Shown here piece by piece: positions 9,854-18,267 of a stretch of 31,233 nucleotides of DNA (positions are counted from its first letter, which is position 1; each line of letters begins with the position of its first letter). The notes beneath the pieces are model-generated. The model ran no database searches. It worked only from the letters and a program-made list of their open reading frames with translations, and was not told the origin of the DNA. The stretch comes from a virus. Taxonomy: Duplodnaviria > Caudoviricetes. A program made the translations under genes and the position numbers. The DNA lies in the IMG/VR virus record IMGVR_UViG_3300037608_000180, positions 1 through 31,233 of that record. The stretch is one strand, 5' to 3'.

Positions 9854-10174
9854 TTACCCAAAGATCGTTTCAAGCGCCGTATATCTTGGGTAGTTATAGC
9901 CTTCGCTGTTGACCAGTACACTTTCACCGGTCTGAAGATTCCGAACCCTGATGCACCGGCTCGTCCCATCGGCGTCTTCGCCACCATCATCTTGCCCGAT
10001 CCAAAGTTGGTCAGTGAAGAAGTCTTGAACAAACGCCTGATAGTCCATGTTACTCAGATCCACTTGCTTGGTAATTCTATATGTCGTGCCTTGTGCGCCG
10101 TTGGAGAGTGCTGAGTTTGTCGCGTCCATTAACTCATGGATGTCTCTGAGCTTCCTTCCAAAGTGAGCTCTCAT
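9854..10174 (-). CDS. Conserved phage hypothetical (DUF6329-like)
   Basis: C-terminal VLVNSEGYNYPRY motif; overlaps upstream gene by ATGA. Confidence 0.65.
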   Translation of the reverse strand: MRAHFGRKLRDIHELMDATNSALSNGAQGTTYRITKQVDLSNMDYQAFVQDFFTDQLWIGQDDGGEDADGTSRCIRVRNLQTGESVLVNSEGYNYPRYTALETIFG

Positions 10175-10539
10175 GCTGTCACCTCATTGACCCGGATTTC
10201 AATTCCCAACAACGGCTCATCCCATCGGGTAGCGTTCTTCTTTAGAAGCGTTGTTGGACCAATAATAGTGAAGCCGGCCGTTAGGAAAGCATGAAGTGTC
10301 TTCATAAGAGCCGTTGAAGAATCTGCTATGGCAAAGGCTTCAACCCTCGCCGATCGCAGCAACGCGATGAGATCATTGAGTTCCTGAGGCCAGCAGATGT
10401 CTCTGATGACGATTTGCTCAAATTCGTCTTTCTTGCTCTGCGCGTAGGCTCGCAGCAGTGAGTTCTCGCCATCCTTCAAGTATTGTGTTTCGGCTGCCAG
10501 CAGCTTCTCCATGTGTATGTTGGTCAATATCGCGCACAT
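10171..10539 (-). CDS. Conserved phage hypothetical (DUF7698-like)
   Basis: AY..S, LRSARVEAFAIADSSTALM..L..F...G pattern. Confidence 0.6.
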   Translation of the reverse strand: MCAILTNIHMEKLLAAETQYLKDGENSLLRAYAQSKKDEFEQIVIRDICWPQELNDLIALLRSARVEAFAIADSSTALMKTLHAFLTAGFTIIGPTTLLKKNATRWDEPLLGIEIRVNEVTA

Positions 10540-10585
10540 CCCTTCAAATAGAGTAGTACATTCATCACTCTATACGCGGATAATA

Positions 10586-11833
10586 TCAAGTATTATTCTT
10601 TATAACGACACTTTTATACTGGATTCGTTCATTATCCTTCACCAAATAGACATCGCTTTCAGAACCCTTAAGCTCGGCATATCGCTTGATAATGACGTCG
10701 CAGTACTTCGGGTCCAATTCCATCATGAAGCAACGGCGCTTGGCCTTTTCTGCGGCAATCAAGGTCGTACCGGATCCACCGAAGAAATCTATAACGTTGT
10801 CATCCAATCGGCTGCTGTTCTCGAGCGCACGAATGACAAGCTCAATGGGCTTCATTGTAGGATGCTCTTCACTACGGCGAGGTCTCGGGATTTCCCAAAC
10901 ATCATCCTGCGTTCTGTCTTTTAGTGGGCACAAACGTTTATTGTCGTCGACCCAGCCGTACCATATCGGCTCATACCGCGTGTGATAGTCCTTCCTGGAC
11001 AGTACGAGACTATCTTTCGCCCATATAATCGTGCTGGACCAATGGAATCCGCAGCCCGACATAACGTTCATGAGGTTGCCCCACTCTTGCGCCGACATTA
11101 CCATATACACCATGGCGCCCAGAACAACGGATGATTTGATACAGTTGATTGACTTAGTCAAAAACTCGCCGAACATTTCAGTGGACATGTGGTCGTTGAG
11201 GATTGTTCGCGATTTCCAGCTCGGATGCTTCTCATCGCTGCCGTAGTCAACGTTCCAGGGCGGATCAGTGAACACGATTTGGGCCTTCTCGCCGTCCATC
11301 AAAAGTGCGACATCCTCCGACAAGGTGCTGTCACCACACATCAATCGATGGTGCCCAAGTTTCCAGACCTCACCGCGCTTCACGATCGGTTCATCATTCA
11401 ATGCGCTATCGATATCAAAGTCATCGTCAGCTTTATCAATTTCCGTCTGTGACGAAACCAGCTCCCGAATTTCGTCGAGCGACCAACCGACGATGTCCAG
11501 CGAGTCAAGATCGCTAATCAATTCAGCGAGGATATCCACATCCCACGATCCCAATTCGGCTGTTCTGTTATCCGCAAGTGCTCGTCTTACTGCGGTAGCG
11601 TCATCATCATCTACAAAATGAACGTCGCATGATTCCCAACCCATGCGACGCATTGCTTCAACTCGGCCGTTACCGATAAGAATCTTGTTCGTTCCGCGTT
11701 GCACCACAATTGGAGCATGCTGTCCGAATGTCTCCAATGATCGAATGACCTCGCCGATGTTGCGTTCGTTGTGCCTACGCGCATTCTTTTCGTCGATTAT
11801 CAAGGTTGCAAGTTGTACCGCTTCAATCTTCAA
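10586..11833 (-). CDS. ParB-like N-terminal domain + beta-class N6-adenine/N4-cytosine DNA methyltransferase
   Basis: NARRH, GNGR, ADNR (ParB-like); HRLMCGDS, TDPPW, HPTMKP, DFFGGSGTT; likely TTG start at 11833 after GGAAAGGA. Confidence 0.92.
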   Translation of the reverse strand: MKIEAVQLATLIIDEKNARRHNERNIGEVIRSLETFGQHAPIVVQRGTNKILIGNGRVEAMRRMGWESCDVHFVDDDDATAVRRALADNRTAELGSWDVDILAELISDLDSLDIVGWSLDEIRELVSSQTEIDKADDDFDIDSALNDEPIVKRGEVWKLGHHRLMCGDSTLSEDVALLMDGEKAQIVFTDPPWNVDYGSDEKHPSWKSRTILNDHMSTEMFGEFLTKSINCIKSSVVLGAMVYMVMSAQEWGNLMNVMSGCGFHWSSTIIWAKDSLVLSRKDYHTRYEPIWYGWVDDNKRLCPLKDRTQDDVWEIPRPRRSEEHPTMKPIELVIRALENSSRLDDNVIDFFGGSGTTLIAAEKAKRRCFMMELDPKYCDVIIKRYAELKGSESDVYLVKDNERIQYKSVVIKNNT

Positions 11834-11914
11834 TTCGTCTCTTTCCTTTCCACGTAAATACAAAAGACCTGATGCGTTCGTGGCATCAGATCTTAAACTT
11901 GTTCTATCATATGA

Positions 11915-11960
11915 AGTCTATCACGCAACCTGGAATCGAGGAAAGGACACGTTTGGGACA
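11915..11960 (-). promoter_or_regulatory. Putative activator-dependent late promoter
   Basis: Direct repeats TGTCCC/TGTCCT 11 bp apart, then extended -10 TGaTAGACT; no consensus -35. Confidence 0.55.
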
Positions 11961-11962
11961 TT

Positions 11963-13561
11963 TTATTTAGTTAGATGTTTGTGTTGTATATTTCCTAAAT
12001 ACTTATCGATTGTTTTCTTGTTTGCAGTAATAGCTAAGACGTTCCTTGCTCTTGATGTTCCAATATAGCATGCTTCAGTAATCATTTTCTTATCAATTTT
12101 ATCAAGTCCGACAAGAACCACCACTGAACTTTCCATTCCGATATAGCTTGATACACTTCCACATTTTATTATTGGATGTTTATTTGACTGCCCACTAAAA
12201 GTCTTTGTGGTCCGATATGAGAGGCCGTTCCTATTCTCGGTTTCTTTGAAACGCGACCCACCACTATCTGCAAACAGGACGACAATATCAGAATAATCAA
12301 AATCTTCTTTGATGACGAGTTGTAAAATAAAATCATCAATTAGTCTCATTTCATCTGATTCGGTTGATGAATCTTCAGTTTCTAGAATATACACCTCGGG
12401 ACCAGATGGTCCGACAATTTCAAGATCATATTTATCCGTCATGAATCTGGATGATGTTTCTGCTATTTCTTTGGTATTTCTAATAATTTTTTTCAAATTC
12501 AATTCGGTTATTGGCCATCCGTTATCGAATAAATCGTGCTGAAGAAGATTCTGATTAGCGTCATATATAAACAATAATCTTGAATCGTTAGAATCAAGGA
12601 TATGCTGGCCAATTTTTTTCCATAAATCCATAGGAAATAATTGCGATTCATCAATAACGATTAAGTCATAATTTTCATAAAAATGACTATCCGCATCTGA
12701 AAAGTCATCGATTTTAATATTGCTTTCATTACCCAAAATCGATTTATAATATAAACGAAGATTCCTAGGAGGTACTAGCACTAGCACTTTTTTACCCTTT
12801 CTTGATTGCATAAGTGCCCATTTCATTGCCACCAACGTTTTCCCTGATCCTGCAGGCCCAGTGATTGCAACCATTTTATTGCGCTCTGCTACTTTTAGAA
12901 TGTATTCTTGCTCAGCTGTTAATCTATCCATAATTTCTGTTTGCCGTCTCGCAAGAACAGAAAGAGTGCCTGGCATTAAATTATCCGGTTTTAATATATT
13001 TGCAATAGTTAGACATTCCTTGTCGGAAAGGTATTGTTTTTTGTCCGGATTCATTTGTGTCAATCTCTCATATAGGTTCGATAAATCTTCAAATCCTATT
13101 TGGTTGACCAGAGGACAATCGATATATCCTTTCAAATACTCTTTTGAAATATTGGGGAAACAAACCATAGAAACATCCATGAGGTATTTATTCGCGAATA
13201 TTATGTCTCTTTTAATATAGTCTCTTATGTGATACCTACTTATATCGGCTTGCTTTATTGGATTCTTAATTGGATGAGTGTTGCTTTTCCTATCGATACT
13301 ATACCAACTATCTCCGATCCGAGTTATTCCACCTCCTTTTACTTCCATAATTATAATACCTATTTCAGGACCAACAATAACAAAATCGGCTTCACCTTCT
13401 GTTTTACTTGATCGCAATGAGTCATCTTTCCAAAACACACCATATAAAACATACCATTTATTAGGTAGTCGTTTACAGGCTTCAAAAACTGTGATCTCCG
13501 CTTTTCGAAAAGGATCAGAATATATATCCTCATCCAATACTTCTGGTCGGATTATTGCCAT
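11963..13561 (-). CDS. NERD nuclease + SF1 (UvrD-like) helicase fusion, AT-rich moron
   Basis: EADFV..EVKGG, NPIKQA (NERD); GPAGSGKT, IVIDESQ, YDANQ, RNT, GMES, YIGTSRA; likely start MAII at 13561. Confidence 0.88.
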   Translation of the reverse strand: MAIIRPEVLDEDIYSDPFRKAEITVFEACKRLPNKWYVLYGVFWKDDSLRSSKTEGEADFVIVGPEIGIIIMEVKGGGITRIGDSWYSIDRKSNTHPIKNPIKQADISRYHIRDYIKRDIIFANKYLMDVSMVCFPNISKEYLKGYIDCPLVNQIGFEDLSNLYERLTQMNPDKKQYLSDKECLTIANILKPDNLMPGTLSVLARRQTEIMDRLTAEQEYILKVAERNKMVAITGPAGSGKTLVAMKWALMQSRKGKKVLVLVPPRNLRLYYKSILGNESNIKIDDFSDADSHFYENYDLIVIDESQLFPMDLWKKIGQHILDSNDSRLLFIYDANQNLLQHDLFDNGWPITELNLKKIIRNTKEIAETSSRFMTDKYDLEIVGPSGPEVYILETEDSSTESDEMRLIDDFILQLVIKEDFDYSDIVVLFADSGGSRFKETENRNGLSYRTTKTFSGQSNKHPIIKCGSVSSYIGMESSVVVLVGLDKIDKKMITEACYIGTSRARNVLAITANKKTIDKYLGNIQHKHLTK

Positions 13562-13669
13562 GCCCTGTCCCCCCCCCCATATGCAACCCATATATTTATC
13601 ATAGTGGTTTCTCGAATAATTAGCAATCTCCAGAGTTACCTGTAAAACAAAAGAGTTAATTCTCAAAAC

Positions 13670-13899
13670 TTCTCATTATATGACCGACTCATCAACCATC
13701 AACAAGCGTTTTCTGACCGCGATCTGACGCACACGAACAACATCGAAAGCTTTGGGCAACGCAGAAGCGCGAGATTTACGGCATCTATCATCATGTGTCG
13801 GTTGAAGATCTACAGAGGTACGTCGATGAGTTTTGCTTTAGGTACAACAATCGCATGAACGATATGTTTGGAATGGTGCTAAGTCAGTCGGTGAAATAA
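13670..13899 (+). pseudogene. IS1595-family (ISXO2-like) transposase C-terminal remnant
   Basis: Manual translation: ..INHQQAFSDRDLTHTNNIESF / frameshift ~13753 / ATQKREIYGIYHHVSVEDLQRYVDEFCFRYNNR..SVK*. Confidence 0.85.
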
Positions 13900-14020
13900 G
13901 GGAAAAGGCCCCCATTTAGAAAGCCTTTCCATAATCGACTTCTTTCGAAGTATTGCGGATTTGCCGCTTCGCTATAAGAAATATATGCTATCTCTGTTTT
14001 TAAACAATCCACAAGCAGTC

Positions 14021-14341
14021 TTACCTGAGAACAATCCCAAACCTCTCGGGAAGGCTGGGGTCTTGTTCAACAAGCCCCAAAATTCTTCTTGCTGGGCCAA
14101 TTGGAATATTTGTGCCTCGTTCCCAAGCCTCGACCGTTTTTGTTGATACACCCATAAATTCGGCGAATAGGGATTGCGTCATTCTCGTTTTGACTCGCAA
14201 TTCTCTTATGTCTGCCGCCTGATAATTGCGCATGGGCGCAATCGTAATCTTGTTTTTTCTTACATCTAATTTACCATCGCTGTAATCAATGGCTTCTTGT
14301 AATCCCTTCTTAATTCCATCATAAATTCCCAATATTTTCAT
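14021..14341 (-). CDS. XRE-HTH antitoxin (HigA-like)
   Basis: GLQEAI..IRELR..MTQSLFAEFMGVSTKTVEAWERG; downstream of toxin, ATGA overlap. Confidence 0.88.
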   Translation of the reverse strand: MKILGIYDGIKKGLQEAIDYSDGKLDVRKNKITIAPMRNYQAADIRELRVKTRMTQSLFAEFMGVSTKTVEAWERGTNIPIGPARRILGLVEQDPSLPERFGIVLR

Positions 14342-14679
14342 CCCTTTCCCATATTCTCTTTGAGAATATCAATCATTTTCTTGAGATCTTTTTTCTCAGA
14401 CGCCGATAGGCTGCTGCGTTCGTTCTTTGGATAAGCATAGACGAGTATGATCTTCTCCGCAATGACGAAATCAATGTATATTATTCGCGCGCCGCCGCGC
14501 TTTCCTTTCCCATTGTATGCAAATCTCGCCTTTCTCAATCCGCCAGTTCCGACAATAATGTCTCCAACCTCCGGATTTAACAACAATTCCAATTGGATTG
14601 TTTGCAAGTAGTCATCATCAAGACCCATTTTCGACCACTGACTATCAAACGCCGGCATCATTAAGAATTCCCTAGTCAT
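14338..14679 (-). CDS. RelE/ParE-superfamily toxin (HigB-like)
   Basis: NPEVGDII.GTGGLRKARF..GKRGGARIIY..AYPKNE. Confidence 0.9.
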   Translation of the reverse strand: MTREFLMMPAFDSQWSKMGLDDDYLQTIQLELLLNPEVGDIIVGTGGLRKARFAYNGKGKRGGARIIYIDFVIAEKIILVYAYPKNERSSLSASEKKDLKKMIDILKENMGKG

Positions 14680-14701
14680 CAGATATAATCCTTCCGCAAA
14701 T

Positions 14702-14731
14702 ACAATACCCTATCCAATAGGGTATTGTCAA
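14702..14731 (-). promoter_or_regulatory. TA promoter with palindromic operator
   Basis: TTGACA-18 nt-TATTGT overlapping the perfect inverted repeat ACAATACCCTAT-CCA-ATAGGGTATTGT. Confidence 0.8.
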
Positions 14732-14850
14732 CCTTTTTTTGCACGTCTGTGGTCACTAGGATTATATCACCTAAGCAGGAATGATTGTTATACTTTGTCA
14801 ATTGTTTTATGATTTCTTTGATATCCTACTATTGAAAGGATGTGTTTATA

Positions 14851-15027
14851 ATGAAAAATTACTGCGATTTTCGCCTATCGTTAAGACATGAAGAAATTAA
14901 AGCTACGTGTGATGCCGCCGACTCAGCCAGTAAGGATTTAATATGCGCATCAACAAACGATCTCGCAACAATTGTTGGTAATAATACCGTTCTATACACA
15001 CTTAACATTTTGGGAATCACCCCATAA
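14851..15027 (+). CDS. Small hypothetical protein
   Basis: GAAAGGA SD and an upstream TGnTATACT -10 (~14786-14794); no recognisable motif. Confidence 0.35.
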   Translation: MKNYCDFRLSLRHEEIKATCDAADSASKDLICASTNDLATIVGNNTVLYTLNILGITP

Positions 15028-15081
15028 AACAGAGCCTTGAATTTCACGCGGCTCTTCAGTACGTTAAGTTATAGTTTCATT

Positions 15082-15576
15082 TTATAAAGCATCAACGCCG
15101 TATAGCCTGATAGAAATTCGCCGCACCAACCGACTTCGGTTTCTTCTTATAGTCCGTTCATCGCAAGGGATCCGTGCTGCAACAATATCATCAGTTTCTT
15201 GCCTAAAGTACCTCGCCTTGATGGCATCGTAGTATGGATCGTCTTTAATCGCATCAAGTGCTGAGGCGATGGCTTCAACCTCGGTCTGATCACGCATTTT
15301 TGACGCTATAGCCTCCATTTCAAGAATTGCATCTTTTTGATCTGGAGGTACGCGGCCTCCTCTTACGAAACCCACAATGCTTCTGCTGCGTTCGGGGATA
15401 GTGTTATATGCGTCAGCTTCCAACCTAGCCGTAATATCAGGATAAGCATACAACCTACGCACTGTAGCTTTAAGAATTTCCTTTTGATCCGGCGCCTGAA
15501 ACAATCGATTAGGTCTAAACATCACCTTCACAACGCGCTCTACGATTCGCTCGATTTCAAGGTTTTCTTCTATCAA
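15082..15576 (-). CDS. ArpU/RinA-like late transcriptional activator
   Basis: RLYAYP, IKARYF..VAARIPCDERTIRRNRSRLV C-terminal HTH; end of early operon. Confidence 0.75.
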   Translation of the reverse strand: MIEENLEIERIVERVVKVMFRPNRLFQAPDQKEILKATVRRLYAYPDITARLEADAYNTIPERSRSIVGFVRGGRVPPDQKDAILEMEAIASKMRDQTEVEAIASALDAIKDDPYYDAIKARYFRQETDDIVAARIPCDERTIRRNRSRLVRRISIRLYGVDAL

Positions 15577-15619
15577 TGATATCCCCCTCTTTTATAATTG
15601 TCTTTCTTCCCTCGCCGAT

Positions 15620-16453
15620 CTATTTGCGTTTTCTCATTCGGGTATAGATATATGCACCCGAAACAAATTCACTTCGTTTTATAAAACAGTCGTTGAAATC
15701 AAAGTTCTTGTAAACGCTTTCAAAAATTCGCTTTGCATCGCGTTCCATGTCAAAAGCAATCAACTCGACACGGCGTTTGCTGATCTTTTTATCCGAGACT
15801 GATATGACAGGTTCCTGCAGGTTCTTGCTCGAACACCATCGTTTTGATCCGCGAGGATCCTTGACTATGTATCGTGCCAGTCCTTCGAGTCCGTATTCGT
15901 CTGGTTGCAGCTTAAGAGCATTTGCTCTTCCCTTTCCCCACAACCGTTCCGCAACGTCCCGATCCATTTCGCTCATGATAAGATGGTGATGCACCCGTTT
16001 CCCTTCGGCATCATCGCTTCCTTCTATCACGTATATGTATTTGATCTCGCAGAGCCCGGCCGTTTTCCGGTATGTCTTGACTCTCCGAAGATAGTTCTGA
16101 ATATCCTTTCGAGCCTGTGCAAGATCCGGTTGTTCTCCTTTGTATGTCAAAGTCAGATGAATATCCCTTTCAGTAAAGTTGGCGTTGATCTTTCGAATTA
16201 GTTTCTTCTTTGCGTTCCTTTCATTTGCAGCCTTTATTGCTGCTTTGGACTTGTGCCTAGCAGCCTTTCGCGCCTCGTTATCTTCCCCCTTGCATGACCA
16301 GATCGGATAAATCTCACATTCGAAAATGTTACCGGCCAGGATTGTGCGCACCCTATAGTTCGCAACATGGCTGTGTCGCAATCTGCACGCTTCTTCACCT
16401 TCACAAGAAGTATCAAACAACTCTATATATTGATCTGAACTATACCCAGCCAT
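15620..16453 (-). CDS. HUH-superfamily rolling-circle replication initiator (Rep)
   Basis: Motif I HLTLTY, motif II RVHHHLIM, motif III LARYIVK, then W..SKNL. Confidence 0.85.
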   Translation of the reverse strand: MAGYSSDQYIELFDTSCEGEEACRLRHSHVANYRVRTILAGNIFECEIYPIWSCKGEDNEARKAARHKSKAAIKAANERNAKKKLIRKINANFTERDIHLTLTYKGEQPDLAQARKDIQNYLRRVKTYRKTAGLCEIKYIYVIEGSDDAEGKRVHHHLIMSEMDRDVAERLWGKGRANALKLQPDEYGLEGLARYIVKDPRGSKRWCSSKNLQEPVISVSDKKISKRRVELIAFDMERDAKRIFESVYKNFDFNDCFIKRSEFVSGAYIYTRMRKRK

Positions 16454-16660
16454 TGGTTTCCTTCCTTATATACCTAGTTGATTTGATAAAACCCATTACA
16501 AGGCCGGGAAAGAAACAGACGACAGCAACGATTCAACTATCTCTGCTTCGAGCAGATATTTGGCTTTCTACAAGAAACGGCAGCTATTGCCGGCTGCCGA
16601 TCTTCTATCATGCCGGCGAACTGTTTCGTGTTAACACAGCTCCCATTGATGTATCTTCAT

Positions 16661-17476
16661 CTACGCGGTCTCTCTAAGAAATAAGTTGATGAAGAATACC
16701 TGTCCCTTCCCCGTTACCTTCGTGGTCTTAATAATCCGCGGGGTGCCGCTCTTCATAGGTAGGGTTTTCTCTGATATCTCAAACAAGCCCCGTTCCAACG
16801 ACCTTTGAGTTGGCATATTTCGTCGTTCACCTCGTCGAATCAGGTAATGGTTTGCTCTCATCCACTCGAATAGCCTGTTTTGCCCCATATCTATTCCGTT
16901 CTGCTGGATAAGTTTGGCTAAATCTCCGATAAAAATTGAGGTGGGAGAAGACTCGACTGCCTCGGCAAACGCGACCTTTGGCTGGTCCATCTCAATCTTC
17001 GCCGATAGCTCGCGAGTTTTCTCCAGTTGCGTGTCAAGAGCTAAGGCCAATCTTGCGACCATTTTCGGATTAACTATTGCATCTCGGAGAATCTCAATCT
17101 CAGATGGTACGTAAACGCCGGTCTCGCCAATCGCGGGAAGCACTTCGTGGGCCAGCCAGCGTTTGAACTGTTTAATCTGTTTCTTTCTTTCAGCGATATA
17201 CTCTGCACTGACGCCTCGGGCATTTTTAGGTTGTAGAACAAATAGCATTTGATACAAACCTGGTTTGGATACAATTGCAAATGACTGAACACCGCCGGGG
17301 GTGGTCAATCGCGTATACCCCTTTTCATCCTCATCAAGTGCTCTCATTGTCCGATTTCGATTCTGGTCTTTGAAGTAGTCGCAAACATCGTTGGCAACGA
17401 ACCATAGTTTTCCGTCAATGATGACCGTTCTTATCTGCCCGAACTGCTCGTGTTCGAAAATCTTCAGTTCGTTCAT
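16661..17476 (-). CDS. Phage antirepressor, BRO-N + KilA-C
   Basis: FGQIRTV..WFVANDVC, FKRW..EVLPAI, PKVAFAEAV..IGDLAK..GQNRLF..TKVTGKGQ; start MNELKIF. Confidence 0.92.
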   Translation of the reverse strand: MNELKIFEHEQFGQIRTVIIDGKLWFVANDVCDYFKDQNRNRTMRALDEDEKGYTRLTTPGGVQSFAIVSKPGLYQMLFVLQPKNARGVSAEYIAERKKQIKQFKRWLAHEVLPAIGETGVYVPSEIEILRDAIVNPKMVARLALALDTQLEKTRELSAKIEMDQPKVAFAEAVESSPTSIFIGDLAKLIQQNGIDMGQNRLFEWMRANHYLIRRGERRNMPTQRSLERGLFEISEKTLPMKSGTPRIIKTTKVTGKGQVFFINLFLRETA

Positions 17477-17856
17477 GCTTGGACCCTCCATTTCCGCGAG
17501 TTTGTGATATTGGGCAATTGCTTGACGGGCACATCGCTTGCAGCCCATGCTGCTGCACTCCTGACAAGAACCCGTCCGTCCGGGGTAAGGTTTATATGCT
17601 TATTGCCTACAAGCTTGTTTAGATAGCCGACCGATATCCCAAGCATCTTTGAAGCATCTTTTTTAGGCAGCGTCTCGCCCCACATACGCACCCAACGTTC
17701 CTCCGTATTCAATGCTTTAAACCCGTTTAAGTCATTGGTAAGGGTCAAGATGGCTTGCCCGGCGCTTTGAAGCGCGTTTGACAACGTCAGCACCGATTCA
17801 TTTACCTTGGTAACCGCATCCGCTTGTATTTCTGTTTTGTTTTTCGCTGATGACAT
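17473..17856 (-). CDS. Xis-like/HTH DNA-binding protein
   Basis: C-terminal KDASKMLGIS..LNKLV..DGRV winged-HTH-like motif. Confidence 0.55.
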   Translation of the reverse strand: MSSAKNKTEIQADAVTKVNESVLTLSNALQSAGQAILTLTNDLNGFKALNTEERWVRMWGETLPKKDASKMLGISVGYLNKLVGNKHINLTPDGRVLVRSAAAWAASDVPVKQLPNITNSRKWRVQA

Positions 17857-17876
17857 ACAAACACTCCCTTATCCTG

Positions 17877-17890
17877 TCACCATATGGTGA
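17877..17890. promoter_or_regulatory. Perfect 14-bp palindrome, candidate repressor operator
   Basis: TCACCATATGGTGA; related half-sites occur in the cro-cI gap. Confidence 0.5.
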
Positions 17891-17893
17891 TGT

Positions 17894-18103
17894 CTACTGT
17901 AAAAAAATAGCATCGTACTGTTCTGATGTCATCCGAAGCGCTTTGTAGATCTGAGAAGCCTCCCGCGTTGTCGGAATATACTTCCCCGTCAAAATTGAGC
18001 TGATCTTTCCTGGCCGCCAGTTGATTGCTTTTGAAAACGATTGCTGTGTCCCGTACAGCTCATAAACCATTCCTCTAAGCTTGTTTCTGCACTCTTCATT
18101 CAT
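17894..18103 (-). CDS. Cro-like XRE regulator
   Basis: 69 aa, KLRG..YGTQQSFSKAI HTH; divergent from cI. Confidence 0.8.
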   Translation of the reverse strand: MNEECRNKLRGMVYELYGTQQSFSKAINWRPGKISSILTGKYIPTTREASQIYKALRMTSEQYDAIFLQ

Positions 18104-18135
18104 GTTTTATGCCTCCTATATTTGCACTCCGGTCA

Positions 18136-18220
18136 TCGCCGTTTGGTTTCTAATGGAAGGATAACACCGTACGGCTATAATATCAATCTCCGATTTTTAA
18201 TATTTATTGCAATCGGTGAT
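18136..18220. promoter_or_regulatory. Lysis-lysogeny switch region with degenerate operators
   Basis: TCGCCGTTTGGTTT (18136), ACACCGTACGGCTA (18164), TCTCCGATT (18187), AATCGGTGAT (18211). Confidence 0.5.
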
Positions 18221-18267
18221 ATTTTAAGTTATTATTGGACATAAAGATAAGAGAGGGGATGAAATTG

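Noticed and set aside
14859-15047. Minus-strand 62-aa ORF
   Set aside because: No SD; the overlapping plus-strand ORF has better signals
15620-16453. IS200/IS605 or IS91 transposase
   Set aside because: Sits in the phage early operon with Rep motif I-II-III order; no tnpB or IS ends seen
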